This document shows positions 55,443-64,000 of a DNA stretch of 64,000 nucleotides, one piece after another. A model generated the notes under the pieces. That model saw only the letters and a program-made list of their open reading frames with translations. It was not told the origin of the DNA and did no database searches. Positions within the stretch are counted from its first letter, which is position 1. Every line of letters begins with the position of its first letter. Origin of the DNA: Phycisphaerae bacterium (GTDB lineage: Bacteria; Planctomycetota; Phycisphaerae; UBA1845); assembly GCA_029260015.1 (NCBI GenBank), contig JAJDEB010000008.1, positions 68,937-132,936 on the forward strand, in the 5' to 3' direction. A program made the translations under genes and the position numbers.

Positions 55443-58264
55443 CGGCGACGACCAAAAAAGCGTCGCCCAAAAAACGTGCGACCAGCAAGCGAAAGAAAAC
55501 AAGCAAGACTGCCTCTACTTCGGCGTCTCGACGCAAGCGCGTGAAGAGAACGGGGCCAAGCGGCTCGAGTACTTCTACTGCCCCGCCAAGCAAGTCCGAG
55601 GCAATAGATGACTCCGGTGAAGGTTCCTCAATTACTGTAATTACTGTCGCGAGCGATGCGGTGGCGGAAAGCGGTCCGGCTGCGACTGGTGTGACGCCTC
55701 AATCTGGTGCGACTGACGCCCCTGCCAGCAGCAAGTCGCGAACCTTGAAGCGTTCCAAACCTCGAGCGGCGGCGAAAGTAGACGCGGACGCCGAGTCCAA
55801 CGGGATCACGCGGAAACGAGTTACGCGGAAAAAGAAAACGGCGGTCCGGGAAGAAAGCACAGAAAGTCCCAGCGACTCAAAACGTGCGGTAGCCGAAAGT
55901 AGCACTGAAGCGGCTACGACGTCAGGGCCCGTTTCCAAATCAAGAGAACCCTTCGGTGCCGGTATCACACGGGATCGAAGCAGTTCACCGGCTACCCAGG
56001 CACCTGCCAGCGAATCCAAGCCGGAGACCCCATCTCTGCAGGAACCCGTCAACAAGGGTAGCGGTGAAGGTGTAAACGTTGCTGCCGACGCCTCTGAAAA
56101 TAATGAACCCAAGAAGGTCAGAAGCGGCAGACGGCGCTCGCGCGGGGGCAAGAACAAACGAAAGAAAACTGGCGCGGCGACAGCAACAGCCCAGGCGCGG
56201 TCAACCGATTCCAAATCGGGCAAAGCGCCAACTGACGAACCTGAAAGCGCCAAGGATTCCGAAGCCGCGAACGCGGATGTTGACGACGTACCCGGTGAAA
56301 CTGAAGAAGAAAAGAGAGCTCGTATTGTACTGAAGCGACGTCCGGTCCGTCGTGCTCGCCGGTCAAAATCACGCGGCAAGACTGGCTCAAGTATTGACGC
56401 GAAAGCGGAGGAAAAGAACCAAACGACTCCGCAAGCGAAACAGCCAGCCGCGACATCAGCAAAAACAGAAACAGAAACGCCCGACGCGGATGCAGCGCCA
56501 AACGAGGCCACCAACGCCGACGACAGTCCGAGGAAGAGTACATCGACGCGCACCCGGCGACGGCGACGGGGAAAGGGCAGTTCAACCGGCAGGGGTCAAT
56601 CAACCCAAGTAACGATGCAATCGACCGCCACGACAGCAGTGGTCCCCGTCGACGAGGAAACAACTGAATCGGTTGAACTTACCGACGACATCTCCGTCAT
56701 CACCGACGACAGCCCTAAAGAGACGGTGCAGTCCGAAGGTCGGGAGATGATCATCAACTCGACGGCAGGTGCCGAGTGCCGCATTGCCATTCTGCACAAT
56801 GGGCGCCTCGAAGAGATTTACATCGAACGACAAAGCGCCGCGTCGCACGTTGGCAATATTTACAAGGGCAAGATCACCAACGTCGAATCCAGCATTCAAG
56901 CCGCCTTTGTCGATTTTGGTCTCGCGAAGAATGGGTTCCTCCATATCTCCGACGTGCTCCCCAAGTACTTCCCAAACAAAGCCGACGCCACCGAAGACGT
57001 GGGCAAAAAGGTGCCGCGACGCGATCGCCCACCGATTCAAAAGTGCTTTCGGCGTGGCGATGAAGTCATCGTGCAGGTTGCCAAGGAAGGCGTGGGCACC
57101 AAAGGACCGACGCTAACAACGTATCTTTCAATCCCCGGCCGCTTCGTGGTGATGATGCCTGGCATGAGCAAACTGGGCGTGTCGCGGCGCATCGAAGACG
57201 ACGCCGACCGCAAAGCCATGCGTGACTTGCTCGGTGAGCTTTCGATGCCCGATGGGATGGGCTTCATCCTTCGCACAGCCGGCCTGAATCGTAACAAACG
57301 CGAACTGCAAAGCGACTTAAATTACCTGAACCGATTGTGGAAAACCGTTCAGAAGCGTATCAAGAACCAAGCCACGCCATGCGAGCTTTATCAGGAATCC
57401 GACCTGGTCATTCGAACGATTCGCGATGTGTATTCGAGCGATTTTAAACGCATTGTCGTTGACGATCATGCCGTTGCGGTCAAGGCGAAGGATTTCCTCC
57501 GCATCGCCATGCCCAGAACGCAGGGTGATGTGGTCGCCTTTCAGAAGCACGAACCGATTTTCCATTTCTACGGAATCGAACAAGAAATCCAGCGCATCTA
57601 TTCGCGTCATGTGCCGTTGCCGTCAGGCGGATCGATCGTCATCGATTCAACCGAAGCGATGGTGGCGATCGATGTCAATAGCGGAAAGTATCGCGATCAA
57701 AACGACGCCGAAGAAACAGCCTACCGGATCAACATTGAGGCGGCTGGAGAAATCGCCCGGCAACTGCGGTTGCGCGACCTGGGTGGCTTGGTGGTTTGCG
57801 ACTTTATCGATATGCGGCAGGACCGTCACAAGCGGGCCGTCGAAAAAGCCTTGCGCGACGCACTTAAATTGCACAAAGAGCGCGCTCGCATTTTGCGCAT
57901 GAGCAAGTTCGGCCTGATCGAAATGACCCGGCAGCGTCAAGGACCGTCGATCAAGCGCAGCGTCTTTGTGGACTGCCGCCATTGTTCGGGAAGCGGATTG
58001 GTCAAGACGGCTGAGTCGATGTCGCTGGAAGTGTTGCGGATATTGCAACTCTTAACCCATCGAAACGACGTCGCCCAAGTTGCCGTTTCCGTCGCGCCGG
58101 ATGTTTGCACGTTGGTCTTAAACCAACAGCGGTCATTCTTGAATCACCTGGAAACGAAGTCGAATAAGAAAATTTCGATCCTCCCCGATCCGACGTTCAC
58201 GAACGACGAAGTTTCGTACAAGTGCATCGACGATCGCGGAATGCCCCTTCGTATCGAGGTATGA
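55403..58264 (+). CDS. rne: Ribonuclease E/G family endoribonuclease with a ~440-aa basic, low-complexity N-terminal extension
   Basis: S1 domain (VGNIYKGKITNVESSIQAAFVDFG) and catalytic core (IVIDSTEAMVAIDVNSGKY; LRDLGGLVVCDFIDM; Zn-link CRHCSGSG). The N-terminal region is rich in K/R/S/T/A/P/E. The ATG at 55403 (MAQQSEK) overlaps the DUF2344 gene by 40 nt. Confidence 0.9.
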   Translation: MAQQSEKTERNTVTATTKKASPKKRATSKRKKTSKTASTSASRRKRVKRTGPSGSSTSTAPPSKSEAIDDSGEGSSITVITVASDAVAESGPAATGVTPQSGATDAPASSKSRTLKRSKPRAAAKVDADAESNGITRKRVTRKKKTAVREESTESPSDSKRAVAESSTEAATTSGPVSKSREPFGAGITRDRSSSPATQAPASESKPETPSLQEPVNKGSGEGVNVAADASENNEPKKVRSGRRRSRGGKNKRKKTGAATATAQARSTDSKSGKAPTDEPESAKDSEAANADVDDVPGETEEEKRARIVLKRRPVRRARRSKSRGKTGSSIDAKAEEKNQTTPQAKQPAATSAKTETETPDADAAPNEATNADDSPRKSTSTRTRRRRRGKGSSTGRGQSTQVTMQSTATTAVVPVDEETTESVELTDDISVITDDSPKETVQSEGREMIINSTAGAECRIAILHNGRLEEIYIERQSAASHVGNIYKGKITNVESSIQAAFVDFGLAKNGFLHISDVLPKYFPNKADATEDVGKKVPRRDRPPIQKCFRRGDEVIVQVAKEGVGTKGPTLTTYLSIPGRFVVMMPGMSKLGVSRRIEDDADRKAMRDLLGELSMPDGMGFILRTAGLNRNKRELQSDLNYLNRLWKTVQKRIKNQATPCELYQESDLVIRTIRDVYSSDFKRIVVDDHAVAVKAKDFLRIAMPRTQGDVVAFQKHEPIFHFYGIEQEIQRIYSRHVPLPSGGSIVIDSTEAMVAIDVNSGKYRDQNDAEETAYRINIEAAGEIARQLRLRDLGGLVVCDFIDMRQDRHKRAVEKALRDALKLHKERARILRMSKFGLIEMTRQRQGPSIKRSVFVDCRHCSGSGLVKTAESMSLEVLRILQLLTHRNDVAQVAVSVAPDVCTLVLNQQRSFLNHLETKSNKKISILPDPTFTNDEVSYKCIDDRGMPLRIEV

Positions 58265-58929
58265 TTGCAAAGCATCCAAACCATTCGGAGACATACGACT
58301 CGTACGCGAGTGGATCGCGATCAACACTTCGTCGCCATCTTATTTTGATGGCCATCATCATCGTGTATGGAATTGCGATGGTCATGGCTGATTGGTGGTC
58401 GGTTCAACCCAATGGTTCGCATGGGCCAAAAGCTGCGGCCGAGGCGGTAATGATCTGCAGCCTCATTGCAATGATTGGCGTGTCATACTGTTGGTTTGTA
58501 CCGTTTCGCTGGATGCGCTGGACCGCCTCGACCATCACAATTCTGGCTTTGGGATTCTTGTTTGTTTCATTTCCCGCGCGATCAATCGGTCAGAATCTCC
58601 GGATCGGTGGATTCAAAAAAGTAGCAGCGGTCGGCGACGACATCGCAACCGCAATCGCCAAGTTCACTGAAGAAACTGGCCACCCACCTTCATCGCTCGA
58701 TGAACTTCTTCCGATTTACATCGAACATATTCCAAGCACTGGCCTCGCTGCCTACCCCGCGTTTAATTACCAACTAAATGAATCACGTGGCACATGGAGG
58801 ATAACGGTGATCGTCACTCCCGGGGTCACAAGCAGCGGAATTGAAAGTGGTGCGTTGGTCTACTTTTCGGAGAAGAACTATCCAAAGTCGTGGAAGCCTG
58901 TCGAAAATTGGGCATTGTCTGGTGGATAA
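58261..58929 (+). CDS. Hypothetical membrane protein
   Basis: Its ATG overlaps the rne stop (ATGA at 58261-58264). Three or four TM helices, then a soluble C-terminal domain. No family recognised. Confidence 0.45.
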   Translation: MIAKHPNHSETYDSYASGSRSTLRRHLILMAIIIVYGIAMVMADWWSVQPNGSHGPKAAAEAVMICSLIAMIGVSYCWFVPFRWMRWTASTITILALGFLFVSFPARSIGQNLRIGGFKKVAAVGDDIATAIAKFTEETGHPPSSLDELLPIYIEHIPSTGLAAYPAFNYQLNESRGTWRITVIVTPGVTSSGIESGALVYFSEKNYPKSWKPVENWALSGG

Positions 58930-59123
58930 TCAACAGCGCGGATTCAGGATCGACTACATGAACTCCGGCTCGGGTATCGAACGACGATCCACCGGTTGAA
59001 GTCAGCTATACAGTGATTCTCACGCTAAACAAATAGAGTTTGGCTGGTCGATGCGCGATTATTCTAATTGAGAAACGATCAGCATTTGCAGAGACTAACG
59101 AGTTGAGTGTAAAGGGCCTCAGC

Positions 59124-59687
59124 ATGGAACCGAATGCCAGTTTCAATACGAGAGATGATCAGTTGAGGTTTCTACAGTCGAATCCCCCTCGCTGTATCCA
59201 AGGGTTTAAGGTGGCCTTAGCCGATTTTCCGGGCTCAGGTTTTGACGGACACGGAGAAGGCCTAAATCCTGTATTTGAACTGAGATGCAACTGCGGTAAC
59301 TCAAAATGTACCGTCATTGGACACGACTGGCGCTCCGAAGAGAAAGGAGGACGTTCCGTATTCGTTGGTCCCATCAGGCTTGAATGCAAGGGCTGCTCAA
59401 GCACCACCCTAGCTTTCGATGCCGAAAAGCACGGCTACGATGTCGAACTCGGTCATGGATGTTATACGATCAGCGGCATAGGGGATGAGGCTCGGTGCGG
59501 GTGTTCGTGCTGCGGTTCGACTGAATTCCATGTTTTTACGAGATTTGAATACTCAGACGACTTATTCACTGACAACTTTGCAGAATTCGCTGACCGACTG
59601 CAAGACTTGTTCGATTGGTTTACGCTCGTTGGCAGGTGCGCAAGTTGCAATGAACTCTGGGATCTTGCCAACTTTGAATGTGCATAG
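59124..59687 (+). CDS. Hypothetical Cys-rich protein
   Basis: There are 13 Cys residues in clustered pairs (CNCGNSKC; CKGC; CGCSCCGS; CASC...C), which suggests Zn-binding. No family recognised. Confidence 0.45.
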   Translation: MEPNASFNTRDDQLRFLQSNPPRCIQGFKVALADFPGSGFDGHGEGLNPVFELRCNCGNSKCTVIGHDWRSEEKGGRSVFVGPIRLECKGCSSTTLAFDAEKHGYDVELGHGCYTISGIGDEARCGCSCCGSTEFHVFTRFEYSDDLFTDNFAEFADRLQDLFDWFTLVGRCASCNELWDLANFECA

Positions 59688-59743
59688 AATTGCACCGATC
59701 AACTTTGGCTCGCAAATCCGACAGCGATCATTGTGGTCCAGAT

Positions 59744-60511
59744 TTAGAGAAACTCCGGATCGGGTGGCGGTTCGACTGGGTAGGCGATCAGATCGGCGTG
59801 GACTGGGCCGGATACGATTTCGTATACTTTGTCTCGGATGGCGGGGACATCTTCGCGTTTGACGTTGTCCATCTCGATGGGTTCGTGGACGTGGACGACG
59901 ATGTGGGCTGGGCGGAGCATCCAATCGCCTTTGCGCTTCAATTGAAACGACCCGACAATACTGACGGGAAGAATTGGCTGCTTGAATTTTTGCGCCATGA
60001 CAAAGATACCGTCATTGAATTCACCCACTCGGCCCGTGCGGGTGCGGGTTCCTTCGGGTAACACCATCAGGTTGGTTCCGCGTTCCAGCGTCTCCTTGGT
60101 CAACCGAAAAATCTTTCGCACGTTTGCGGTGTTCTTTGATTCTGCGACCGGGACATTGCCGTAGACCTTCATGAACCAGCCGTACATCGGAATCTTGAAA
60201 TGCGATTCTAATTCCATCCCGCAGGAGAACTTGCTCGTCGCCCCATAGATCACGAAGGGGTCAAAAATGTTGACGTGATTGCTGACGATAATGTAAGTGC
60301 GCGAACGATCATATTCAGTGGTGCGATGCACCCGATAGCTTGCTCCCGTACCCAGCATGAGCAACCGGGAAAAGAAGCGGACGAGAAAATCGGTGCGCTC
60401 TGGCCCAATGATCTTGGCAAGCAGTATCAGAAAACCAACGCTGAGGAAGAAAATCGGACTGGCAATGGTCCAAGCGATGATGCTACGAATAACAAGATAG
60501 GCATTTCTCAT
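59744..60511 (-). CDS. 1-acyl-sn-glycerol-3-phosphate acyltransferase family (PlsC-like)
   Basis: HX4D block (IIVSNHVNIFDP), block III PEGTRTRTG, N-terminal TM. Its ATG at 60511 overlaps the lipid kinase stop (ATGA). Confidence 0.85.
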   Translation of the reverse strand: MRNAYLVIRSIIAWTIASPIFFLSVGFLILLAKIIGPERTDFLVRFFSRLLMLGTGASYRVHRTTEYDRSRTYIIVSNHVNIFDPFVIYGATSKFSCGMELESHFKIPMYGWFMKVYGNVPVAESKNTANVRKIFRLTKETLERGTNLMVLPEGTRTRTGRVGEFNDGIFVMAQKFKQPILPVSIVGSFQLKRKGDWMLRPAHIVVHVHEPIEMDNVKREDVPAIRDKVYEIVSGPVHADLIAYPVEPPPDPEFL

Positions 60512-61410
60512 ACGCAAACTTCCAGTGCGCCGGGCAGAATATCCAACGCTTTGCATTTTATACGAATTACTTCGCCATCGACCATCACATCGATCGGCCC
60601 GTCCAAATCAAAATCGAACCGACTCGCCCGCCGAACTTCAGCCAGCGGGTGTTTCACATGCGTGCCATCGTAGATGCGCTTGAGCTGGCCCAGCGCACCG
60701 AATCGTCCGATGGGCCCCCAGCGAATGTATTCGATTTGGCCATCGGTCGGGTCAGCATCGGGTGCGATCATCATCGTCCCTCCGGTAAACTTGCTATTGT
60801 TAAACGAAAGAAACAGGCACTTGCGATCGTCCGTTTCAATTTCGCCATCGATCCGCAATGGAAAACTTCGGCGTTCATGTTTCAACAAGCACGCGAACAC
60901 ACCCGCCAGATAGCCGGCAGGTCCAAACCGTTTGAACCGGCGATTGGTGACAGCCGCCGCATTGGCAGCAAACCCGATGCTTAGCAAATTAATATAGAAC
61001 ATCGTCCCGCCGTCGTGCTTCATTCGCAAAACATCGCAGCTGCGAGAGCGTCCCGCAAGCAGCGATTCAATCGCATACGCCGCCCCATCGTTCGAAAAAT
61101 CTCGCAGAAACGAATTTCCCGTCCCCAAAGGCAAAAGCGCCAAACGCGGCTTCGGTCCTTCGAGCGCTTCGGGGAACAACCCGTTGACGATCTCGTACGA
61201 CGTACCATCACCGCCGACGGCCATGAAATCAGTGCGTCCGTTGGCGTATTCCGACCGCACAATCTCGGTAGCATGCCCGCGCGCATTGGTTTCGACGACA
61301 TCGATGCTGATCCCCTTCGCGCGAAGATCGGCGACAACGGCGTCAGCTTGCTTGCCACAACGCTTACCGCCAGCCGCCCGGTTAACCACAGCGAGAAATG
61401 TCCGACTCAC
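60508..61410 (-). CDS. DAG-kinase-catalytic-domain lipid kinase (YegS/BmrU/ceramide-kinase-like)
   Basis: [22 protein letters not shown] and LPLGTGNSF are present. The probable GTG start at 61410 overlaps the ligase stop (GTGA). The ORF is open to 61434. Confidence 0.85.
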   Translation of the reverse strand: MSRTFLAVVNRAAGGKRCGKQADAVVADLRAKGISIDVVETNARGHATEIVRSEYANGRTDFMAVGGDGTSYEIVNGLFPEALEGPKPRLALLPLGTGNSFLRDFSNDGAAYAIESLLAGRSRSCDVLRMKHDGGTMFYINLLSIGFAANAAAVTNRRFKRFGPAGYLAGVFACLLKHERRSFPLRIDGEIETDDRKCLFLSFNNSKFTGGTMMIAPDADPTDGQIEYIRWGPIGRFGALGQLKRIYDGTHVKHPLAEVRRASRFDFDLDGPIDVMVDGEVIRIKCKALDILPGALEVCV

Positions 61411-63122
61411 GAGGCGATTTCTCCAGTGGGGCAAGCCGTTTCTTCGCCGATCGACTTGGCAAGCACGATACGCTTGATTTTCATCGAAGCGGTACGCTCG
61501 AAGTCACGATCCCAGATCAGATATTCGCCGACGCGTTTGTAATCAGGGAGGCGGCGATTTATTGCCTGAAGCTGCTGCAAATGCGAGTCGCCGAACGTTT
61601 GACTGGATTCCAAATGCAGCACGATAACGAGCGATTCCTTGCGGACCTCGCCGCTGGGCCAAAGATAATCGTACGCGAAAACGCAATATTCCTGCACCGC
61701 AAGGGCGCTGAAGGCGTTTTCGATATCTTCGGGGTAGACGTTTTTGCCGCCGGCGGTGACGATCATGTTTTTGCGCCGTCCAAACAGTTGCAGGTGGCCG
61801 CTCGCGTCGATGCAACCGAGGTCCCCCGTATGAAGCCAGCCGTCGCGAAGCACTTGCGAGGTTTGCTCCGGATCATCCAGATAACGCGACATCAGCGTTT
61901 GGCTGCGAACGATGACTTCACCGACGCCGTGCTTGTCGGCATCCTTGATCCTAAGTTCGACGCCGGGCAGCGGCTTGCCAACCGTATCGGCTCGAAAAGG
62001 TTTGAGATCGTTCAGCGTGATTGCAGTGCCGGCTTCGGTGAGTCCGTACCCGTTGGCGACGGGAATCCCAAGATCGTAAAAGAACTGCAGCACATCGGGT
62101 TCGGTAAACGCCCCCCCGACAAAGAACGCCTTGAGTTTTCCGCCGAATCCTTGATGAACCTTGCCAAGCAACTTGCGACTGACGTTCAAGTTCGGCTGCG
62201 ACTGGGTCAGCATCTTGTTTAATCCGATCGCTGCATTGAGCATCGCCGATTTCGTGCGTGATAATCCGTCAAATGTGTTTTGCAAACCAGCCCGAAGGTT
62301 CTTGAGAACCATTGGTACGAGGGCCATGTAGCATATCTGGTATTTGGTGAACGCTTGCTTGATGAATTCCGGGCGCAGGCTGCGAAGGTGGACGACCGTT
62401 GCGCCGCAGACGAAGGGGCCGATGAACCCAACCATGAAATCGATGGCGTGGTTTGTCGGCAAGACGCTGAGGTATCGGTCACCGACGTCGAAGTGATACA
62501 GTTGCATCAGCGTCTTGCACTGCGTGAGGTAAACACCGTGCGTTAGAACGCAACCTTTCGGATCACCGCCGGTTCCGGATGAATACACGATGCAAGCGTC
62601 GTCTTCGCGCGAACGCGTTGTCGGTATGACCGCTTCGACACTCTCACATTCCTCCCAACGCTTAGCACCGAAAAGATCTGCATTCTTCGGTGTCTCGGTC
62701 ACCAACACTGTCTTAACTGTGAGCGACTCAAAATCGGCAGCCGACGCGACCGCCCGCCAGAGGTAATACTCTACAACGAGAACGCTCGCCCCACTGTGTT
62801 TGACAAGGAAGATGTGCTCTTCACCGCTGAGCTTGTAATCCAGTGGAACGAGCACGCCACCCGAAAAGAACACCGCTCCGGCGCTGACAAGCCATTTCGA
62901 TTGGTTCGTCATGATGATCGCCGCGCGGTCGCCGACTACGAAACCATTTGCCTGCAAGCCTGCCGCCAATCGATCGGTTTGTGCGCGATAGTCCGCGTAG
63001 GTCAGTCGAGCGTTTTCGCGGTCGCGGTTGGCTTCGATCAGGCAGGTTTCGGTTTCGAACGTATCGGTGGCGGCGCGGATGGCGTCGGCCAGCGATTGAC
63101 ATGAATCAAGTTCAATCATCAC
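61407..63122 (-). CDS. AMP-dependent acyl-CoA/acyl-ACP synthetase (long-chain fatty acid ligase family)
   Basis: AMP-binding motif [18 protein letters not shown], then [15 protein letters not shown] and [21 protein letters not shown]. Its start overlaps the ACP stop. Confidence 0.9.
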   Translation of the reverse strand: MMIELDSCQSLADAIRAATDTFETETCLIEANRDRENARLTYADYRAQTDRLAAGLQANGFVVGDRAAIIMTNQSKWLVSAGAVFFSGGVLVPLDYKLSGEEHIFLVKHSGASVLVVEYYLWRAVASAADFESLTVKTVLVTETPKNADLFGAKRWEECESVEAVIPTTRSREDDACIVYSSGTGGDPKGCVLTHGVYLTQCKTLMQLYHFDVGDRYLSVLPTNHAIDFMVGFIGPFVCGATVVHLRSLRPEFIKQAFTKYQICYMALVPMVLKNLRAGLQNTFDGLSRTKSAMLNAAIGLNKMLTQSQPNLNVSRKLLGKVHQGFGGKLKAFFVGGAFTEPDVLQFFYDLGIPVANGYGLTEAGTAITLNDLKPFRADTVGKPLPGVELRIKDADKHGVGEVIVRSQTLMSRYLDDPEQTSQVLRDGWLHTGDLGCIDASGHLQLFGRRKNMIVTAGGKNVYPEDIENAFSALAVQEYCVFAYDYLWPSGEVRKESLVIVLHLESSQTFGDSHLQQLQAINRRLPDYKRVGEYLIWDRDFERTASMKIKRIVLAKSIGEETACPTGEIAS

Positions 63123-63361
63123 ATGCGTTGCGAAATGCGGTCGGCGAGAGTTCTGAAATCGACCACGCCCTGCATTTCGTAGTCGGGCAATTCAATGTTG
63201 AAATGGTTTTCGAGGCGCGTGAGCAACTCCAGCGCTTGCAAACTGTCGATGCCCAGCTTCTGGAAAAAATCATCGTCCGGGGCGACATGATCGGCGGCGA
63301 CTTTGAAATGCTCGGCTGCCAGCTTCTGGATTTCATCGATGATGTGCTGCGTCTCTGCCAA
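63119..63361 (-). CDS. Acyl carrier protein (dedicated, non-FAS context)
   Basis: It is 80 aa, and the phosphopantetheine attachment motif is [20 protein letters not shown]. Confidence 0.85.
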   Translation of the reverse strand: MAETQHIIDEIQKLAAEHFKVAADHVAPDDDFFQKLGIDSLQALELLTRLENHFNIELPDYEMQGVVDFRTLADRISQRM

Positions 63362-63425
63362 TGCCCGATTCTCCCATTAGAGCGATTGATTAGAAATAAA
63401 GAATTCGCCACGGCATCTTATTCGA

Positions 63426-64000
63426 TCAGGGCAAATACGGGTAGGGGTCATCGCTTTCGACGAATCGACGAAGCCCCGCATCGACGGCGGGCCGCGAAAA
63501 CAGGTCGCAGAAAATCTCTATTTCTTCGCGAAGTTCGGCGCGTGGAATTGGTTTGACGAATCGCTTTGCCGCGATTGAGGTCCCTTTGTCAAACTTGAGA
63601 ATCTGTCGTGCGGTCGAGCGGGCGGCGACGAGTGATTTTCCTTCGCCCACAAGCTGCGATACGAGCCCGATTTGGGCGCCTTTCGTGGCGTTCATGCTGC
63701 GACCGGTCAGGAGCAGATCACGAACGACTGCATTGCCCAAATCGCGTTTCAATCGGGGGATTCCGCCAAACCCGGGAATCAATCCGAGGCGAAGTTCCGG
63801 GAAACAAAACCGCGTCATTTTGTCGGCGATGATTAAGTCGCACACCAATGCCAATTCGAAGCCGCCACCAAACGTGGTGCCATGGACTGCCGCAATCGTG
63901 GTGAGCGGAAGGTCGTCGATGGCATTTAGCACAGAGTGAATTCGGTTGAGAAATTCGCGCACACCGGCGATGCGATCGCTCGATCCCATCGTCTTGCCCG
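63426..64000 (-). CDS. Enoyl-CoA hydratase/isomerase (crotonase) family protein; 5' end off-window
   Basis: The oxyanion-hole region AAVHGTTFGGGFELALVCDLIIA is present. The frame stays open past the listed Met (63989) to the window edge. Confidence 0.85.
   Translation of the reverse strand, partial: GKTMGSSDRIAGVREFLNRIHSVLNAIDDLPLTTIAAVHGTTFGGGFELALVCDLIIADKMTRFCFPELRLGLIPGFGGIPRLKRDLGNAVVRDLLLTGRSMNATKGAQIGLVSQLVGEGKSLVAARSTARQILKFDKGTSIAAKRFVKPIPRAELREEIEIFCDLFSRPAVDAGLRRFVESDDPYPYLP

Noticed and set aside
55699-56553. A 284-aa minus-strand ORF, together with a 181-aa ORF at 56118-56663.
   Set aside because: They are antisense to the low-complexity N-terminal region of the RNase E/G gene. 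Their sequence is Ser/Ala/Phe/Val-rich noise with no start context.

Overview
The window is a gene-dense stretch of bacterial chromosome. By eye it is about 55% GC, and many genes use GTG or TTG starts and are joined by 4-nt ATGA/GTGA overlaps.

The gene content suggests Planctomycetota, possibly Pirellulales-like. This is an inference from PEP-CTERM proteins, dockerin-like Asp repeats, a pseudopilin-anchored LamG giant protein and a lysine-tailed HU.

The housekeeping core is clear:
- Replication and chromosome: dnaA, smc, an orphan parA-like gene and HU.
- Metabolism: purA, uppS, a phosphohexomutase and an EF-G paralog.
- Envelope and signalling: an Mla-like lipid transport operon with a STAS protein, an OmpR/HisKA two-component pair, and hpf-ptsN-HPr-EI (PTS-Ntr).
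- RNA turnover: DUF2344 followed by an RNase E/G carrying a long N-terminal basic tail.

I found no rRNA, tRNA, CRISPR array, transposase or integrase.

The least ordinary parts are:
1. An accessory-looking left arm (about 2.8-13.4 kb). It holds a radical SAM/SPASM maturase translationally coupled to a small membrane protein and signal peptidase I, two gene-poor stretches of lower GC, tandem PEP-CTERM proteins and a dockerin-tailed protein.
2. An 81-nt double-hairpin repeat present twice in inverted orientation (5335-5413 and 27778-27858; 69/81 identical by hand alignment).
3. Adjacent Arg-rich and poly-Asp small proteins (30.7-31.7 kb).
4. A five-gene, overlap-coupled lipid operon at the right edge: crotonase, dedicated ACP, acyl-AMP ligase, DAG/ceramide-type lipid kinase and a PlsC acyltransferase.

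I cannot show from sequence alone that any of these is a new system. Each finding lists a test.
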